Positions 27,551-36,885 of a stretch of DNA of 64,000 nucleotides are shown here, in pieces. Under the pieces are notes generated by a model that made no database searches, was not told the origin of the DNA, and saw only the letters and a program-made list of their open reading frames with translations. Every line of letters starts with the position of its first letter. The first letter of the stretch is position 1. The position numbers were made by a program, and so were the translations under genes. The stretch lies in the NCBI GenBank assembly GCA_045863235.1, contig BTUM01000009.1, positions 32,001 to 96,000 of the forward strand, in the 5' to 3' direction. Source of the stretch: Candidatus Xenobia bacterium (lineage in GTDB: Bacteria > Vulcanimicrobiota > Xenobia > Xenobiales > QWHO01).

Positions 27551-27575
27551 TCCTGCGCGGAGAACCAACATGGAC
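27551..27575. repeat. att-like core copy 4 (right island boundary)
   Basis: TCCTGCGCGG AGAACCAACATGGA; host-like GC content resumes after it. Confidence 0.45.
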
Positions 27576-27638
27576 TGCCCCATTGGCTTTGGCACCGGGG
27601 GCAGGGCGCTCTGGGAACGTCCTCGCTACCGGACTCGG

Positions 27639-28052
27639 TCAGCGCCGCGAGGGCAGAGGGACGTAAATCTCCCGGCACCTGAGGTGCCACAGCTCGACAC
27701 GGCAGAGGTCCACCCGCCGCTGAACCCGCTCCAGGGCCTCCTCCCAGCTCTGGCGCCAGAGGGAGATCCCCAGCGCAGCCGCGGAGCAGCCTGAGATGAC
27801 CCAGAGGGTGACCGGCCACAGGCCAGCCACGCCGGCGGCCAGGGCCAGGAGGCAGGCCATCCTCAGCTGGTCGAGCCAGCGCGAGGCGCGCTGCAGGCGG
27901 GCCTGGAGGCGGGCTTTGCGGCGCTCGAGCACGGCCTCGCTGGCCAGCACCTCGCGGGTGCGCTCGGCCAGGAAACGCAGGTCCGAAGTGGACTCGACCA
28001 GGCCTCCGTTCACGATCCTCAACTCCTCCATCACCCACTCCTCTCTGGTCAT
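27639..28052 (-). CDS. Hypothetical membrane protein (coiled coil plus hydrophobic hairpin)
   Basis: 137 aa ORF; TACTCT 7 nt upstream of the ATG. Confidence 0.65.
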   Translation of the reverse strand: MTREEWVMEELRIVNGGLVESTSDLRFLAERTREVLASEAVLERRKARLQARLQRASRWLDQLRMACLLALAAGVAGLWPVTLWVISGCSAAALGISLWRQSWEEALERVQRRVDLCRVELWHLRCREIYVPLPSRR

Positions 28053-28083
28053 CACGATCAGAGTAAGCTGTCTGGCTTGGAGA

Positions 28084-30216
28084 CTACTGAGAGGATCCTT
28101 GGGAAATCCTTGACTGGGCGGTCAGCTCCTGAAACAGCCGGGTGGTCTCGGCGCTGGGAGCCAGCTGCAGCTCCTCGGCCAGGGCTTCCTGGCAGGCCCA
28201 GTAGAGGCGGGCCACCCGCTCGGGCTGGCCGGCCCGGCCCCAGAGGCGCATCAGCTCCTGATAGGCCCCCTGGTGACAGCGGTCCACCGAGAGAAGCTGC
28301 TCGGCCAGCGAGAGCAGGCGGTCGTCCTTGCCCGCGGCCTCGGCCAGCAAGCCCTCCAGGGCCCGCACGGCCAGTTCGCGCAGGCGGCGGCGGTAGGGGC
28401 GGATCCAGTCTTCCTGGAGGTTCTCCAGCAGATCGCCCCGGTACAGGTCCAGCGCCTGCTGGAGGCGACCGGCCTTGACCTCGCGCTCGAAGTCGAGGAA
28501 GTCGACCCGGTGGGACAGATCGGTGTTGAAGCGGCAACGCCCGCGCCGGTGCTGCACCAGATCCCCTTCGCCCAGGGCCCGGCGGATGTAGGTCAGGGCC
28601 GAGTACAGGTTGGCCTGGGCGCGGTCCCCCTCCAACTCCGACCAGAAGAGATCGGTCAGGCGCTCGTCCGGCACCTCGGTTCCGCCGTGCAGCAGCAGCA
28701 CCAGGAAGAGGGCCCGGCTTTTGGAGGTCTTCCAATCCTGCTCCTTGATCTCGCGGCCCTGAAAGCGGATGCGCAGTGGGCCCAGGCCCTCCACCTCCAG
28801 GGCGGCGGGTGGCTCGGCCGGCGGACAGAGGCGCAGCCGGGCCAGCATCTCGGCGGCCCGGGGCGAGCCGGACGCTCCCAGCACCCGCTGGGTCAGCCAG
28901 CGCTCGCGAGAAAGGGCCCACTCCAGCCCCTCGGCTTTGTCCAACAGCTCCTGGACCGCCGAGGGCGCTTGCTTGGAGCCTGCCAGCTGGTAGCCCCAGG
29001 CCCGCAGCAGGCGCACCCGCACGGCTCCCCGGGCCGCTCCCTCATAAAGCCGGGTGGCCTGCTCCAGGTCGGCCTCGCCCGAAGCGACCTCCCCGACCGC
29101 CAGCCGGGCCGTGCCCAGCAGAGCCAGGATATCAGCCCGGGCCAGCCGCGAGCCCACCCTCTCCAGGGCCAGACGGGCCTGCTCGATGGCTCCCGCGGCA
29201 TCGCCGCAGGCCAGCCTGGCCGTGCCGAGGCAGAGCCGGGCCAGGGCGGACGGGTTGGGGATCGCCTCCAGCGTCTGGCGAGCCAGCTCGGGCTGGCCCG
29301 CGGCCAGGTAGGTCAGGGCAAGCCCCGCGGCCCCGCTGGGAGGCTCCCCGGCCGGGCTCTCCACGGTCCCCCCGCTGAGGGCCTGCTCGAGGCGCTCGCG
29401 CAACTCGGGCGGAGCTTCCAGCATCTGGAGACACTCCTGACGCGACAGTCCCAGGGAGGCGTCGGCGGGGTGGGCCAGGGCGTCGTAGCGAGCCACGGCC
29501 GCCAGGATCGGCTCGGCCTCGGTAAGCTGCAGGGCTCGCTCGGCCAGCTTCAAGGTGGAGCGATGCTCCCATCCCTGACGGTCGGCCGGGTCCTGCGAAA
29601 GCAGCTCTCGGCAACGCTCCAGACCCTGCAGCAAGGTGGCTCCGCCGGCCACGGCCGTGAGCAGGGCGGCCCAGGAGAGCGCCTCCAGCTCCTCGCCCTG
29701 AAGGCCGGAGAGGCTGCCCACCCGGCGGGCCAACTCGCGACGACGCAGAGCCGCCTCGCGTTCGGGGGCCAGGGAAAGCAGGCTCCACTCCCACAGGGCC
29801 AGGCTGTCGCGGTAGCTGCGCTCCTGGCTGGCCCGCCACCAGGCCTGGCGGTCGAGCCACTCCAGGGCGCGCCCCACCGCTTTCAAGAAGGTCTCCTCGT
29901 CGAAGGGCTTGGTGAGGAAGTCGTCGACTTGCAGGCGGAAGGCCTCCACCGGGGTCTCGAAGTCGGCAAAGCCGGTGATCACCACGGCCCGGGTCTCGGG
30001 GGCGGTCTGGCGCATCTGGCGCAGCATGGAGATGCCGCTCATGCCGGGCATGCGCACATCGGTGATGACCAGGTCGAAGGCGCAATCGCTGGCCGCCTCC
30101 AGGGCCCGAGCGGCCGACTCGGCGGCCGTGACCTGGTACCCCTCCTCCTCGAGCAGCAGGCTCAAGCTGCCGCGCAACAGGTCATCATCTTCTACCAGCA
30201 GGATACGTCGGGCCAC
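28084..30216 (-). CDS. Response regulator with TPR-like region and C-terminal SARP/BTAD activator domain
   Basis: ILLVEDD, DLVITDVRMPG, KPF; LGPLRI...LFW...ALDLYRGDLL...LMRLW...LAEELQLAPS. Confidence 0.88.
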   Translation of the reverse strand: MARRILLVEDDDLLRGSLSLLLEEEGYQVTAAESAARALEAASDCAFDLVITDVRMPGMSGISMLRQMRQTAPETRAVVITGFADFETPVEAFRLQVDDFLTKPFDEETFLKAVGRALEWLDRQAWWRASQERSYRDSLALWEWSLLSLAPEREAALRRRELARRVGSLSGLQGEELEALSWAALLTAVAGGATLLQGLERCRELLSQDPADRQGWEHRSTLKLAERALQLTEAEPILAAVARYDALAHPADASLGLSRQECLQMLEAPPELRERLEQALSGGTVESPAGEPPSGAAGLALTYLAAGQPELARQTLEAIPNPSALARLCLGTARLACGDAAGAIEQARLALERVGSRLARADILALLGTARLAVGEVASGEADLEQATRLYEGAARGAVRVRLLRAWGYQLAGSKQAPSAVQELLDKAEGLEWALSRERWLTQRVLGASGSPRAAEMLARLRLCPPAEPPAALEVEGLGPLRIRFQGREIKEQDWKTSKSRALFLVLLLHGGTEVPDERLTDLFWSELEGDRAQANLYSALTYIRRALGEGDLVQHRRGRCRFNTDLSHRVDFLDFEREVKAGRLQQALDLYRGDLLENLQEDWIRPYRRRLRELAVRALEGLLAEAAGKDDRLLSLAEQLLSVDRCHQGAYQELMRLWGRAGQPERVARLYWACQEALAEELQLAPSAETTRLFQELTAQSRISQGSSQ

Positions 30217-30227
30217 GCAGCCAGGCT

Positions 30228-32183
30228 TCAGGGATTCGTGGGAGGTTCCTCCCGGAGCAGCTGCTCGTGGCCCGAGCTGACCTCGAGCAGGTAGACCGGC
30301 AGCTCCTTCGGGATGCGCCCGGTGGAGAGCGAGGCGGAGACTCCCGGATAGGCCGGCCGGGTGACCCCCAGCTGGCTCAGGTGCTGTCGCAAGGACTCGC
30401 GAGCGAGCGGGCCGTTGACCACCAGCCGCACGGCGTCGTAGGCCTGAGCCGAGGAACGGCCTGGCTCCACGCCCGGAAAGAGCTTCCGAAAGCCCTCTAC
30501 GAAGGCCTGCACTGTCGGGTCCTCCGAGCCGGGGAAGAAGGTCTCACTCAGGCGCAGGCCCTCCAGGGCGGGGCCGCCGGCCTTGCGCAGGCCCTCGGTG
30601 TAGCCGGAGACATTGGAATACAGCGCGGCCTGGCTGCCGGCGGCCCGCAGCTGCACGGCGAACTCGCCCAGATAGCTGCCCGGGGCGGCCACGAAGAAGA
30701 CGGCGTCGGCCCGATCCTGCACCAAAGCTCGCACCAGCTCGCGAAAGTCTTGCGAGGCGGTGGAGTAGACCTGCTCGCGCACCGGTCCGAGCTGGCTCTT
30801 GATGGCGAAGGCCAGGTCGCGGGCCATCACCTGCTGGGGGTCATACAGCAGCCAGGGGCGCTCAAAGCCGCGCGAGCGGAACTCGCGGGCCAGCGGAGCC
30901 ACCCGCGCCTCATAGGGCACGCCCACGGTGAAGAGCCAACCGGCGTTGTCCCAGGCCCGGGGATGGCTGGCTCCCAGCGAGAGCGCGGGCAGCTCCAGGC
31001 GGGCGGCCACCAGGTCCACGGCCAGGCTGCGCTCGGAGCTGGTGGGCCCGAGCACGCAGAAAACCTGGTCGTCGCGGCTCAGCTCTTCCACCCAGCTCAT
31101 GGCGCGGTCCACCTGACCGCCATCGTCGCAGACGCGCAGGAAGACCGGGCGGGGGCTGGTTTGCTGAGCCAGGGCGGCACCCTGCAAAAAGGCGCGCCCT
31201 TCGCGCCACTCGGGGCCTGTGACGGGCACGACCAGCGGAACAATGACGGCGTTGGGGCCGAGAGTGGCGTTGCGGGCCAGGATGTGGCCTTCGGGATCGG
31301 AGGGATCTTGCTCCAGGATCCGGGCCGCCAGCACTCCTGTGCGGGTCCGCTCGCCTGCCAGCAGGGCCGCCCAGGCCTGTACGGCCAGGCGCTCGGGGGG
31401 CGGGCGCCAGGCCAGAAGGCCGGCCGTGAGGCTGGAGAGGGAGGCGATCAGCAGCAGGGCGGCCACCAGGACGGCGGCGCGGGGCACGCTCTCGGTGCTG
31501 GCCGCCGCGGGGTCGGCCTGCAGCGCCTGGCGCAGCTCGGTCAGGGAGGGGCGCCGGGTGGGGTCGCCGTCCAGGCAACGCTCGAGCAGGGACCGCAGGC
31601 GGGGGGTGCCGCGCCGGCCCAGGCTGGCCTTGAGCAGCGCGCCCAGGGCGTAGACGTCGGAAGCGGCGGTCTGGTGGGGCTCGGGAGCCGTGAATCCGGG
31701 CGTGCCCCCGGCCGCCGGGCCGGGCCCGCGACGGGCCAGGCCCAGATCCACCAGCCGGGGCCGTCCGTCGGGAGCAAGCAGGACGTTGGAGGGACTGAGG
31801 TCGACCAGCAGGATGTCCTGGCGGTGCAGCTCGCCGAGCAGGTCGACCAGTTCACGGCCCACCCGCACGGTCTCGGCCTGGCTCAGGAGCCCACGTTGGG
31901 CCAGGGTCGGGCCAGGAACCAGCTCCAGGACCAGGGCGGGCTGGCCCTCGTGGGTGAACCGGTCCACCAGCCGGGGCAGCAGGGGATGCGACAGACGGGC
32001 CAGGAGCTCGGCCTCCTTGTCGAAGAGCTCTCGCGCCGAGGCGCCCGGGCCCAGGCCGGTAGGGTCGGCCAGCTTGACTGCCCAGCGAGCGCCGCTCAGA
32101 CGCAGGTCGTCACAGAGGTAGACCGTGCTGGTGGCACCCCGGGCCAGCACCTCGACCACCCGATAGCGCTCGCCCAGGATCAC
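30228..32183 (-). CDS. Ser/Thr kinase-like protein with TM helix and LivJ-type periplasmic binding domain
   Basis: WAVK, LVDLSPSNVLL, DLG, GTPGFTAPE; VLGPTSS, QDFRELV, AQAYDAV. Confidence 0.85.
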   Translation of the reverse strand: MILGERYRVVEVLARGATSTVYLCDDLRLSGARWAVKLADPTGLGPGASARELFDKEAELLARLSHPLLPRLVDRFTHEGQPALVLELVPGPTLAQRGLLSQAETVRVGRELVDLLGELHRQDILLVDLSPSNVLLAPDGRPRLVDLGLARRGPGPAAGGTPGFTAPEPHQTAASDVYALGALLKASLGRRGTPRLRSLLERCLDGDPTRRPSLTELRQALQADPAAASTESVPRAAVLVAALLLIASLSSLTAGLLAWRPPPERLAVQAWAALLAGERTRTGVLAARILEQDPSDPEGHILARNATLGPNAVIVPLVVPVTGPEWREGRAFLQGAALAQQTSPRPVFLRVCDDGGQVDRAMSWVEELSRDDQVFCVLGPTSSERSLAVDLVAARLELPALSLGASHPRAWDNAGWLFTVGVPYEARVAPLAREFRSRGFERPWLLYDPQQVMARDLAFAIKSQLGPVREQVYSTASQDFRELVRALVQDRADAVFFVAAPGSYLGEFAVQLRAAGSQAALYSNVSGYTEGLRKAGGPALEGLRLSETFFPGSEDPTVQAFVEGFRKLFPGVEPGRSSAQAYDAVRLVVNGPLARESLRQHLSQLGVTRPAYPGVSASLSTGRIPKELPVYLLEVSSGHEQLLREEPPTNP

Positions 32184-33181
32184 GACAGGGCGGGCAGCCG
32201 CAAGAGCAGGCGGCCGTCTTCGGTCTCCAGCACTCCGCCGTGGTCACGGGCGGTCTGCTCCAGGCCCTCCAGCGGAGCCGGCAGGAGCTCGCCGGAGGCG
32301 CGCACCTCCAGCACCAACCGGTCAGGCTCTTCCCGAGTCGCCAGATGGAGACTTTCCTGGCCGCACAAGAGGTCGACGAGCCGATCGCTGAGCTGGCGCG
32401 AGTCCCCCGCAAAGCGACGCTGCAGGCTGCCCAGCTCGGTGGTCACGGCCAGGCCGTCCACCTCCAGCCGTTGGGCCGTCTCGGAGGTCATGACGTTGAG
32501 GTCCACCGGAAGCCTCACCAGCTGGGAGAAGCTGGCATTCTGCTGCACCATGTCGTAGGGCCGGCGGGCGTAGAGCAAGAGCTTGTCCACCACCGTGCGG
32601 CAGCGCTCCACCGCCTGCACGATGGTCTCGGCCCGGCGAGGGTCGGAGGAAGTCTTCTTGAGCCGGGAGGCCTCGGTCAGGATGGCCGCCAGGGGCGAAT
32701 TCAGCTCGTGGGCTACTCCCCCGGCCACCCGGGCCAGGGCCAGGAAGCCCTGCTGGGGGTCCTGTCGCTCGCCGGCGCTCAGGGCCCGCAGCAGCGGGAT
32801 CAGGGGCTGAAGCTGGTGGACGAAGGCCTGCCGACGAGCGCTGGTCGTCTCTCCCAGCCACGTCAGCACGAGGTCGGTGCCCAGCGGCTCGCCCTCGCGG
32901 GCCCGAGCCTGGGCCTCGCGCTCGCCCAGGCTGTCCCAGCGGGCCAGCAGCTTCAGGTCGGGACGCTGGAAGAGGTAGAGAGCTTCCACCCCCAGCGTGG
33001 CGCCCAGCACGGCCAGGGCCCGCACGGCAGCATCGGAGAGCGACTCGGAGCTGGCCACGGCCTGCAGCACCGCCTCCCAGCGCCGAGCGCGGGCGCGGGC
33101 GCGCAGCAGGAAGACCAGGCTGACCAGGGCGGACAGGAGGGCGAGCAGCGCCGAGACCAGCAGCAGGTTGTCAGGGCTCAC
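32180..33181 (-). CDS. Membrane histidine-kinase-like protein (HisKA, degenerate ATPase domain)
   Basis: N-terminal TM; VAHELNSPLAAI H-box; no clear N, G1 or G2 boxes. Confidence 0.75.
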   Translation of the reverse strand: MSPDNLLLVSALLALLSALVSLVFLLRARARARRWEAVLQAVASSESLSDAAVRALAVLGATLGVEALYLFQRPDLKLLARWDSLGEREAQARAREGEPLGTDLVLTWLGETTSARRQAFVHQLQPLIPLLRALSAGERQDPQQGFLALARVAGGVAHELNSPLAAILTEASRLKKTSSDPRRAETIVQAVERCRTVVDKLLLYARRPYDMVQQNASFSQLVRLPVDLNVMTSETAQRLEVDGLAVTTELGSLQRRFAGDSRQLSDRLVDLLCGQESLHLATREEPDRLVLEVRASGELLPAPLEGLEQTARDHGGVLETEDGRLLLRLPALS

Positions 33182-34442
33182 GTTGGGGGTCGAAAGCCAC
33201 GTCCAGGGCGGCCCGGGTCAGCCCGGTCGCGAGCTGCGTGCGGGCCTCGAAGTCGAGCGTGAGCGGCACCTCGAAGAGCAGCCCCACGGTATTGCCTGCC
33301 TTGGCGACCTCCTGCACCAGCGTGCCCGGATAGCGGAAGGGCACCAGGCGAAAGTCGTGCTGGTCGAGGAAGTCCTGCATCCGGTGGAGGTAGGCCAGGG
33401 TGCGGGGGGTGGGCTGGAACATGCACAGCCGGCCGGCCCGGCCATCGCGCCAGTCGTGCAGGGCCTCGTGCAGGTCGATGACCACGTCGGCTTTGGAGGC
33501 GGCCTGGAAGATGACGTGGGCCTGCTGCTCTTCGGGCGTGCCGTGGGGATCGCCCGGGAAGACGCGGTTCATGTCCACCTCGCCCGGGCCGTTGCGGGCG
33601 CCGTGCTCATGGGCCCAGGGGTTGGCCCGGGGGAAGACCTGCACGCGCTGGTCTTGCTCCTGAGCGATCTGCTCGGCTGCAGCCGTACCCGAGCGCTCGT
33701 TGCCGTGCAGCCCGCCCACGACCACGGCCCGCTCGGCCGGCTCGAGCTGCTCGGCCATGGGAATCCCCAGCCAGTGCGAGAGCGAGAGGGCGTTGCGAAA
33801 GATCATGTGCTGGCCGATGAACTCGGGATGGTTAACCTGCAGATCGGCCAGGACCTCGACCAGACCGGCGTTCCCTTCCAGCTTCGCGCGGATCTCGCGC
33901 TCGCCCTCGGAGAGCGGGCGCAAAGTGCGCTCTTGAACGTCCAGGCGGTTGAGCAGCGCCCCGCGCACGCGCTCGGAGGTGGCCGGATCGGCCATTCCCA
34001 GCATGACCCGCTCGCATTCCTCGGCCAGCAGGGGGGCTTTGGGATCGGCCTGGGTCAGGGGCGCGTTGAGCCCGGTCACCACCTGCTCGTAGCTCGAGAG
34101 GCGAGCCTTGAGGTCGGGATTCTTGCGCGCTTCCAGAGCCAGCTTCATGACCACGCCGTTGCGCAAGAGGTGCATCAGGTCGGAGCCTTTGCCGGCCGAG
34201 ACCTCCAGGGGGTAGATCTGTCCGCCCGGCTCCTGGACCGTCCACTGGCCCGAGCGGGCCGCTTGCTGCAGAGTGCGGGTCAGCTCGGCCGCCTGCTCGG
34301 AGTCGCCCTGGCGCAGGGCCGTGCAGATGGCGTCGGGGGTGATCCCCTGAACGCTCTCGCCGGGCAGGGGATGGCCGCTCGCGTCCACTCGCAGCCGCCC
34401 GGCCAGAGGGGTGCCGGGCAGCGAGACGGGGTCCAGGTTCAT
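33171..34442 (-). CDS. M14-type zinc carboxypeptidase / succinylglutamate desuccinylase-like protein with N-terminal extension
   Basis: GGLHGNE, DMNRVFPG, IDLHE. Confidence 0.8.
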   Translation of the reverse strand: MNLDPVSLPGTPLAGRLRVDASGHPLPGESVQGITPDAICTALRQGDSEQAAELTRTLQQAARSGQWTVQEPGGQIYPLEVSAGKGSDLMHLLRNGVVMKLALEARKNPDLKARLSSYEQVVTGLNAPLTQADPKAPLLAEECERVMLGMADPATSERVRGALLNRLDVQERTLRPLSEGEREIRAKLEGNAGLVEVLADLQVNHPEFIGQHMIFRNALSLSHWLGIPMAEQLEPAERAVVVGGLHGNERSGTAAAEQIAQEQDQRVQVFPRANPWAHEHGARNGPGEVDMNRVFPGDPHGTPEEQQAHVIFQAASKADVVIDLHEALHDWRDGRAGRLCMFQPTPRTLAYLHRMQDFLDQHDFRLVPFRYPGTLVQEVAKAGNTVGLLFEVPLTLDFEARTQLATGLTRAALDVAFDPQREP

Positions 34443-34532
34443 AGGCACAGACTAGCAGACCGACCGGGCAGGGGCAAGGTGCCCCCAGGAATGCGAATGT
34501 CGGTTGCATGACCTGATTGTCCCCCGCCCGGG

Positions 34533-34949
34533 TTAACGAAGTGCTACCGACCTGTTGCCCGGAGACTCCGTCGCCAGCGCGGTCAGCTCGAGCTCGACCA
34601 GGCTGCCCTCCCCGAAAAGGCGCTGCACCACCACGCAGGTGGTCACGGGTCGGGCCGGCCCGAGCAACTCGCTGTGAGCCCGGGTGAAATCCGGCTCGTC
34701 CTCGATCCGGGTCAGGTAGGCCACGCACTTGATCACCCGGCTCAGTGAGCTACCGGCTTCCTCGAGCACGCCCTCGAGCTTTCGCAGGATGTAGACGGCC
34801 TGCTCGTAGCAGGTCTGGCCCTGGATGTTGCCTTCCTGGTCGGAAGCGATGGTGCCGGCGGTGTAGACCAGGTCGCCCACCCGCAGGGCGCGCGAAAAGC
34901 CCACCGCGCGCTCCCAGGGATTGCCGGTGGAGTAGTGCTGGATGCTCAT
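34533..34949 (-). CDS. RidA/YjgF family protein
   Basis: WERAVGFSRALRVGDLVYTAGT...RPVTT...LVELELTA. Confidence 0.9.
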   Translation of the reverse strand: MSIQHYSTGNPWERAVGFSRALRVGDLVYTAGTIASDQEGNIQGQTCYEQAVYILRKLEGVLEEAGSSLSRVIKCVAYLTRIEDEPDFTRAHSELLGPARPVTTCVVVQRLFGEGSLVELELTALATESPGNRSVALR

Positions 34950-35000
34950 GGCCGGGCCTTCCCTGCAGGATCCCATCCGACCTCCGGGTAAGCCCTTTGG

Positions 35001-35366
35001 ATGGAAAACGACCTGAAGGAAAAAGCCCTGGCCCTGATCCAGATGGCCTGGGCCGACAAGTTCTGGGCCCCCGAGGAGGAGAAGCTGGTCACCAGCATTC
35101 TGCTCCGCGCCGGTTGCCGCCCCGAAGACCTGGAAGAGCTGGCGGCCTCGCCCCCGCGCGCCGACCCCGGGGAGATCGAGCGCATTCTGCCCGACCGCGA
35201 GAGCCGCTTGCAGGGCATGCGGACGCTGATCGCCGTGGCCTTCGCCGATGGCGTCCTGGCAGCGGCCGAGATGAACCTGATCGAAAAAATGGCTGCTCGT
35301 CTCGAGCTGACCTCGGAGGACCTGGAGATGCTTCGCACCCAGGCCCTGGACATGCTGAAGAGTTAA
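35001..35366 (+). CDS. TerB-like protein
   Basis: MAWADKFWAPEE and VAFADGVLAAAE repeats. Confidence 0.8.
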   Translation: MENDLKEKALALIQMAWADKFWAPEEEKLVTSILLRAGCRPEDLEELAASPPRADPGEIERILPDRESRLQGMRTLIAVAFADGVLAAAEMNLIEKMAARLELTSEDLEMLRTQALDMLKS

Positions 35367-35396
35367 CCGGCCGGACACCCTTGCCGGGGGTCAGGC

Positions 35397-36848
35397 ATGC
35401 AAGACTACGCTGCGATGCTGACCTCCATCCAGAGCCAGGGGTTTCGGCTGGCCCTTCCGGGGAAGGCGGGCGATCCGCGCCTGAGCGTCGCTCTGGACAA
35501 CCTCGAGCGGGCCGGCTGGAGCTTCACCCTGCACCGAGCCAACGACTTTGGCGCCGGGCAGCCGGCCAGCGGGGCCGAAGTCGAGGCCTTCCTGGCCCGC
35601 CCGAATCGCCAGCTCGACCGCTCGATGGGCGACCGCCTGGTGGCCAGCCGGTCGGGCGGGGGCTACTTCAAGCTGGTACGCGCCGACGAGGTGGCGGCCC
35701 TGGACTTCTTCCACGGCACGGGCTCGACCGAAGGGCTGGAGTATCCCGATCTGGCCCGGAAAGTCCGAGAGCTGGAGAGCGGTGGGCTCAAGGTCCAGCC
35801 CGGAGGGGGCTCAGACGTGCCCGGCCACGACGGCTACAGCGGCTACCTGGCCCTTAGCCGGGGGGGCTCGGCCAACCTGATGCTGGGGCGCTACACGCTG
35901 GTGAACCTGAACACCACCGACCCCGCCGAGTTGGACGCCAAACTGGCCCCCTACGCCGAGAACCTGGAGCACTACCGCCGGGTGCTGCTTCCCGAAGCGC
36001 GGGCCGAGCGCCTGCAGGAGTTCATGCTGGGCGAGGTGGCCCGGTCCTTGCGTCCCCCGGTGCACCGGCTGACGCTCGAGGAACGGGGCCAACACTTCCT
36101 GCAGTTGGCCGAGGACGTGCGCCAGGGGCCGGACGGCAAGACCTGGCTGGCCGACCGCACCGGCCGCGCCCTGAAGCTCTACGACCACCTGGCCAGAGCC
36201 GCCCCGCAAGACTTTGGCGCCGCCGTGGCCCAATTGGGCCGAGTGACCCGGGTGGTGGGCGCCGAGCAAGCCCTCCAGGTCAGCAGCTACCTGCTCGACG
36301 AGCTCCCCCACAAGAGCTTTTACGCCGAAGCCCGCCAGGAGCGCGAGGACACGCTGCTGGCCCTGCTGGGCCAGAGCCTGCCGGTGGAGGTGGCCGTGCG
36401 GCTGACCGAGCGATTGGCCCTCTGCCCGCTGGGCGAGACCCCCGAGCGGCGGCGCGAGGTCTTCCTGGACCTGGTCAGGCTGCATCCGGCCCAGGCCGAA
36501 GTGCACCTGGACAACATCCTCACCTTCCACCGTCCGGGCGCCGACCTGGGCCAGGGGGCGGCCGCCTACCGGATGCTGCTGGAAGGCCTGGTCACCATGG
36601 GGCGGCCTGAGGAGGCTTCCGACGCTTACCGGTTTCTGCAGGAGGGCCTGCGTCTCGGACGTCTGTCCGGTACCCTCGAGGAGTTGATCGCGGGCTACCT
36701 CGGCAACCTGCTGGTGAGCGGCGATCCAGCCCAGGCCCGAGCTGCCATGGCCGGCGATGGAGGCCAGGGTATTCCGGTCGTGCGCCAGGAGAACGGGGCG
36801 GTGCAGGTTGGAGCCGTCCGGGTGCCGGTTCGCCGCAAGAGCGCCTGA
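35397..36848 (+). CDS. Hypothetical helical protein with C-terminal VQVGAVRVPVRR tail
   Basis: 483 aa ORF; shares an N-terminal repeat with the 14710-18789 protein. Confidence 0.8.
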   Translation: MQDYAAMLTSIQSQGFRLALPGKAGDPRLSVALDNLERAGWSFTLHRANDFGAGQPASGAEVEAFLARPNRQLDRSMGDRLVASRSGGGYFKLVRADEVAALDFFHGTGSTEGLEYPDLARKVRELESGGLKVQPGGGSDVPGHDGYSGYLALSRGGSANLMLGRYTLVNLNTTDPAELDAKLAPYAENLEHYRRVLLPEARAERLQEFMLGEVARSLRPPVHRLTLEERGQHFLQLAEDVRQGPDGKTWLADRTGRALKLYDHLARAAPQDFGAAVAQLGRVTRVVGAEQALQVSSYLLDELPHKSFYAEARQEREDTLLALLGQSLPVEVAVRLTERLALCPLGETPERRREVFLDLVRLHPAQAEVHLDNILTFHRPGADLGQGAAAYRMLLEGLVTMGRPEEASDAYRFLQEGLRLGRLSGTLEELIAGYLGNLLVSGDPAQARAAMAGDGGQGIPVVRQENGAVQVGAVRVPVRRKSA

Positions 36849-36885
36849 CTGAGCGACCGCGCACCGGGGTTTGGCGCACCCAACC

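Larger units (their letters stand above)
21309..27573. mobile_element. Lower-GC defence/TA island made of cassettes between att-like sites
   Basis: Visibly more AT-rich with atypical codon usage; bounded and subdivided by four related cores; cargo is PIN, NYN, NACHT and VapBC. Confidence 0.65.

Noticed and set aside
21309..27573. CRISPR array, classical integron attC array or dif sites
   Set aside because: Spacing is kilobases and irregular, there are no RYYYAAC/GTTRRRY attC ends or XerCD dif consensus, and no cas or intI gene is present.
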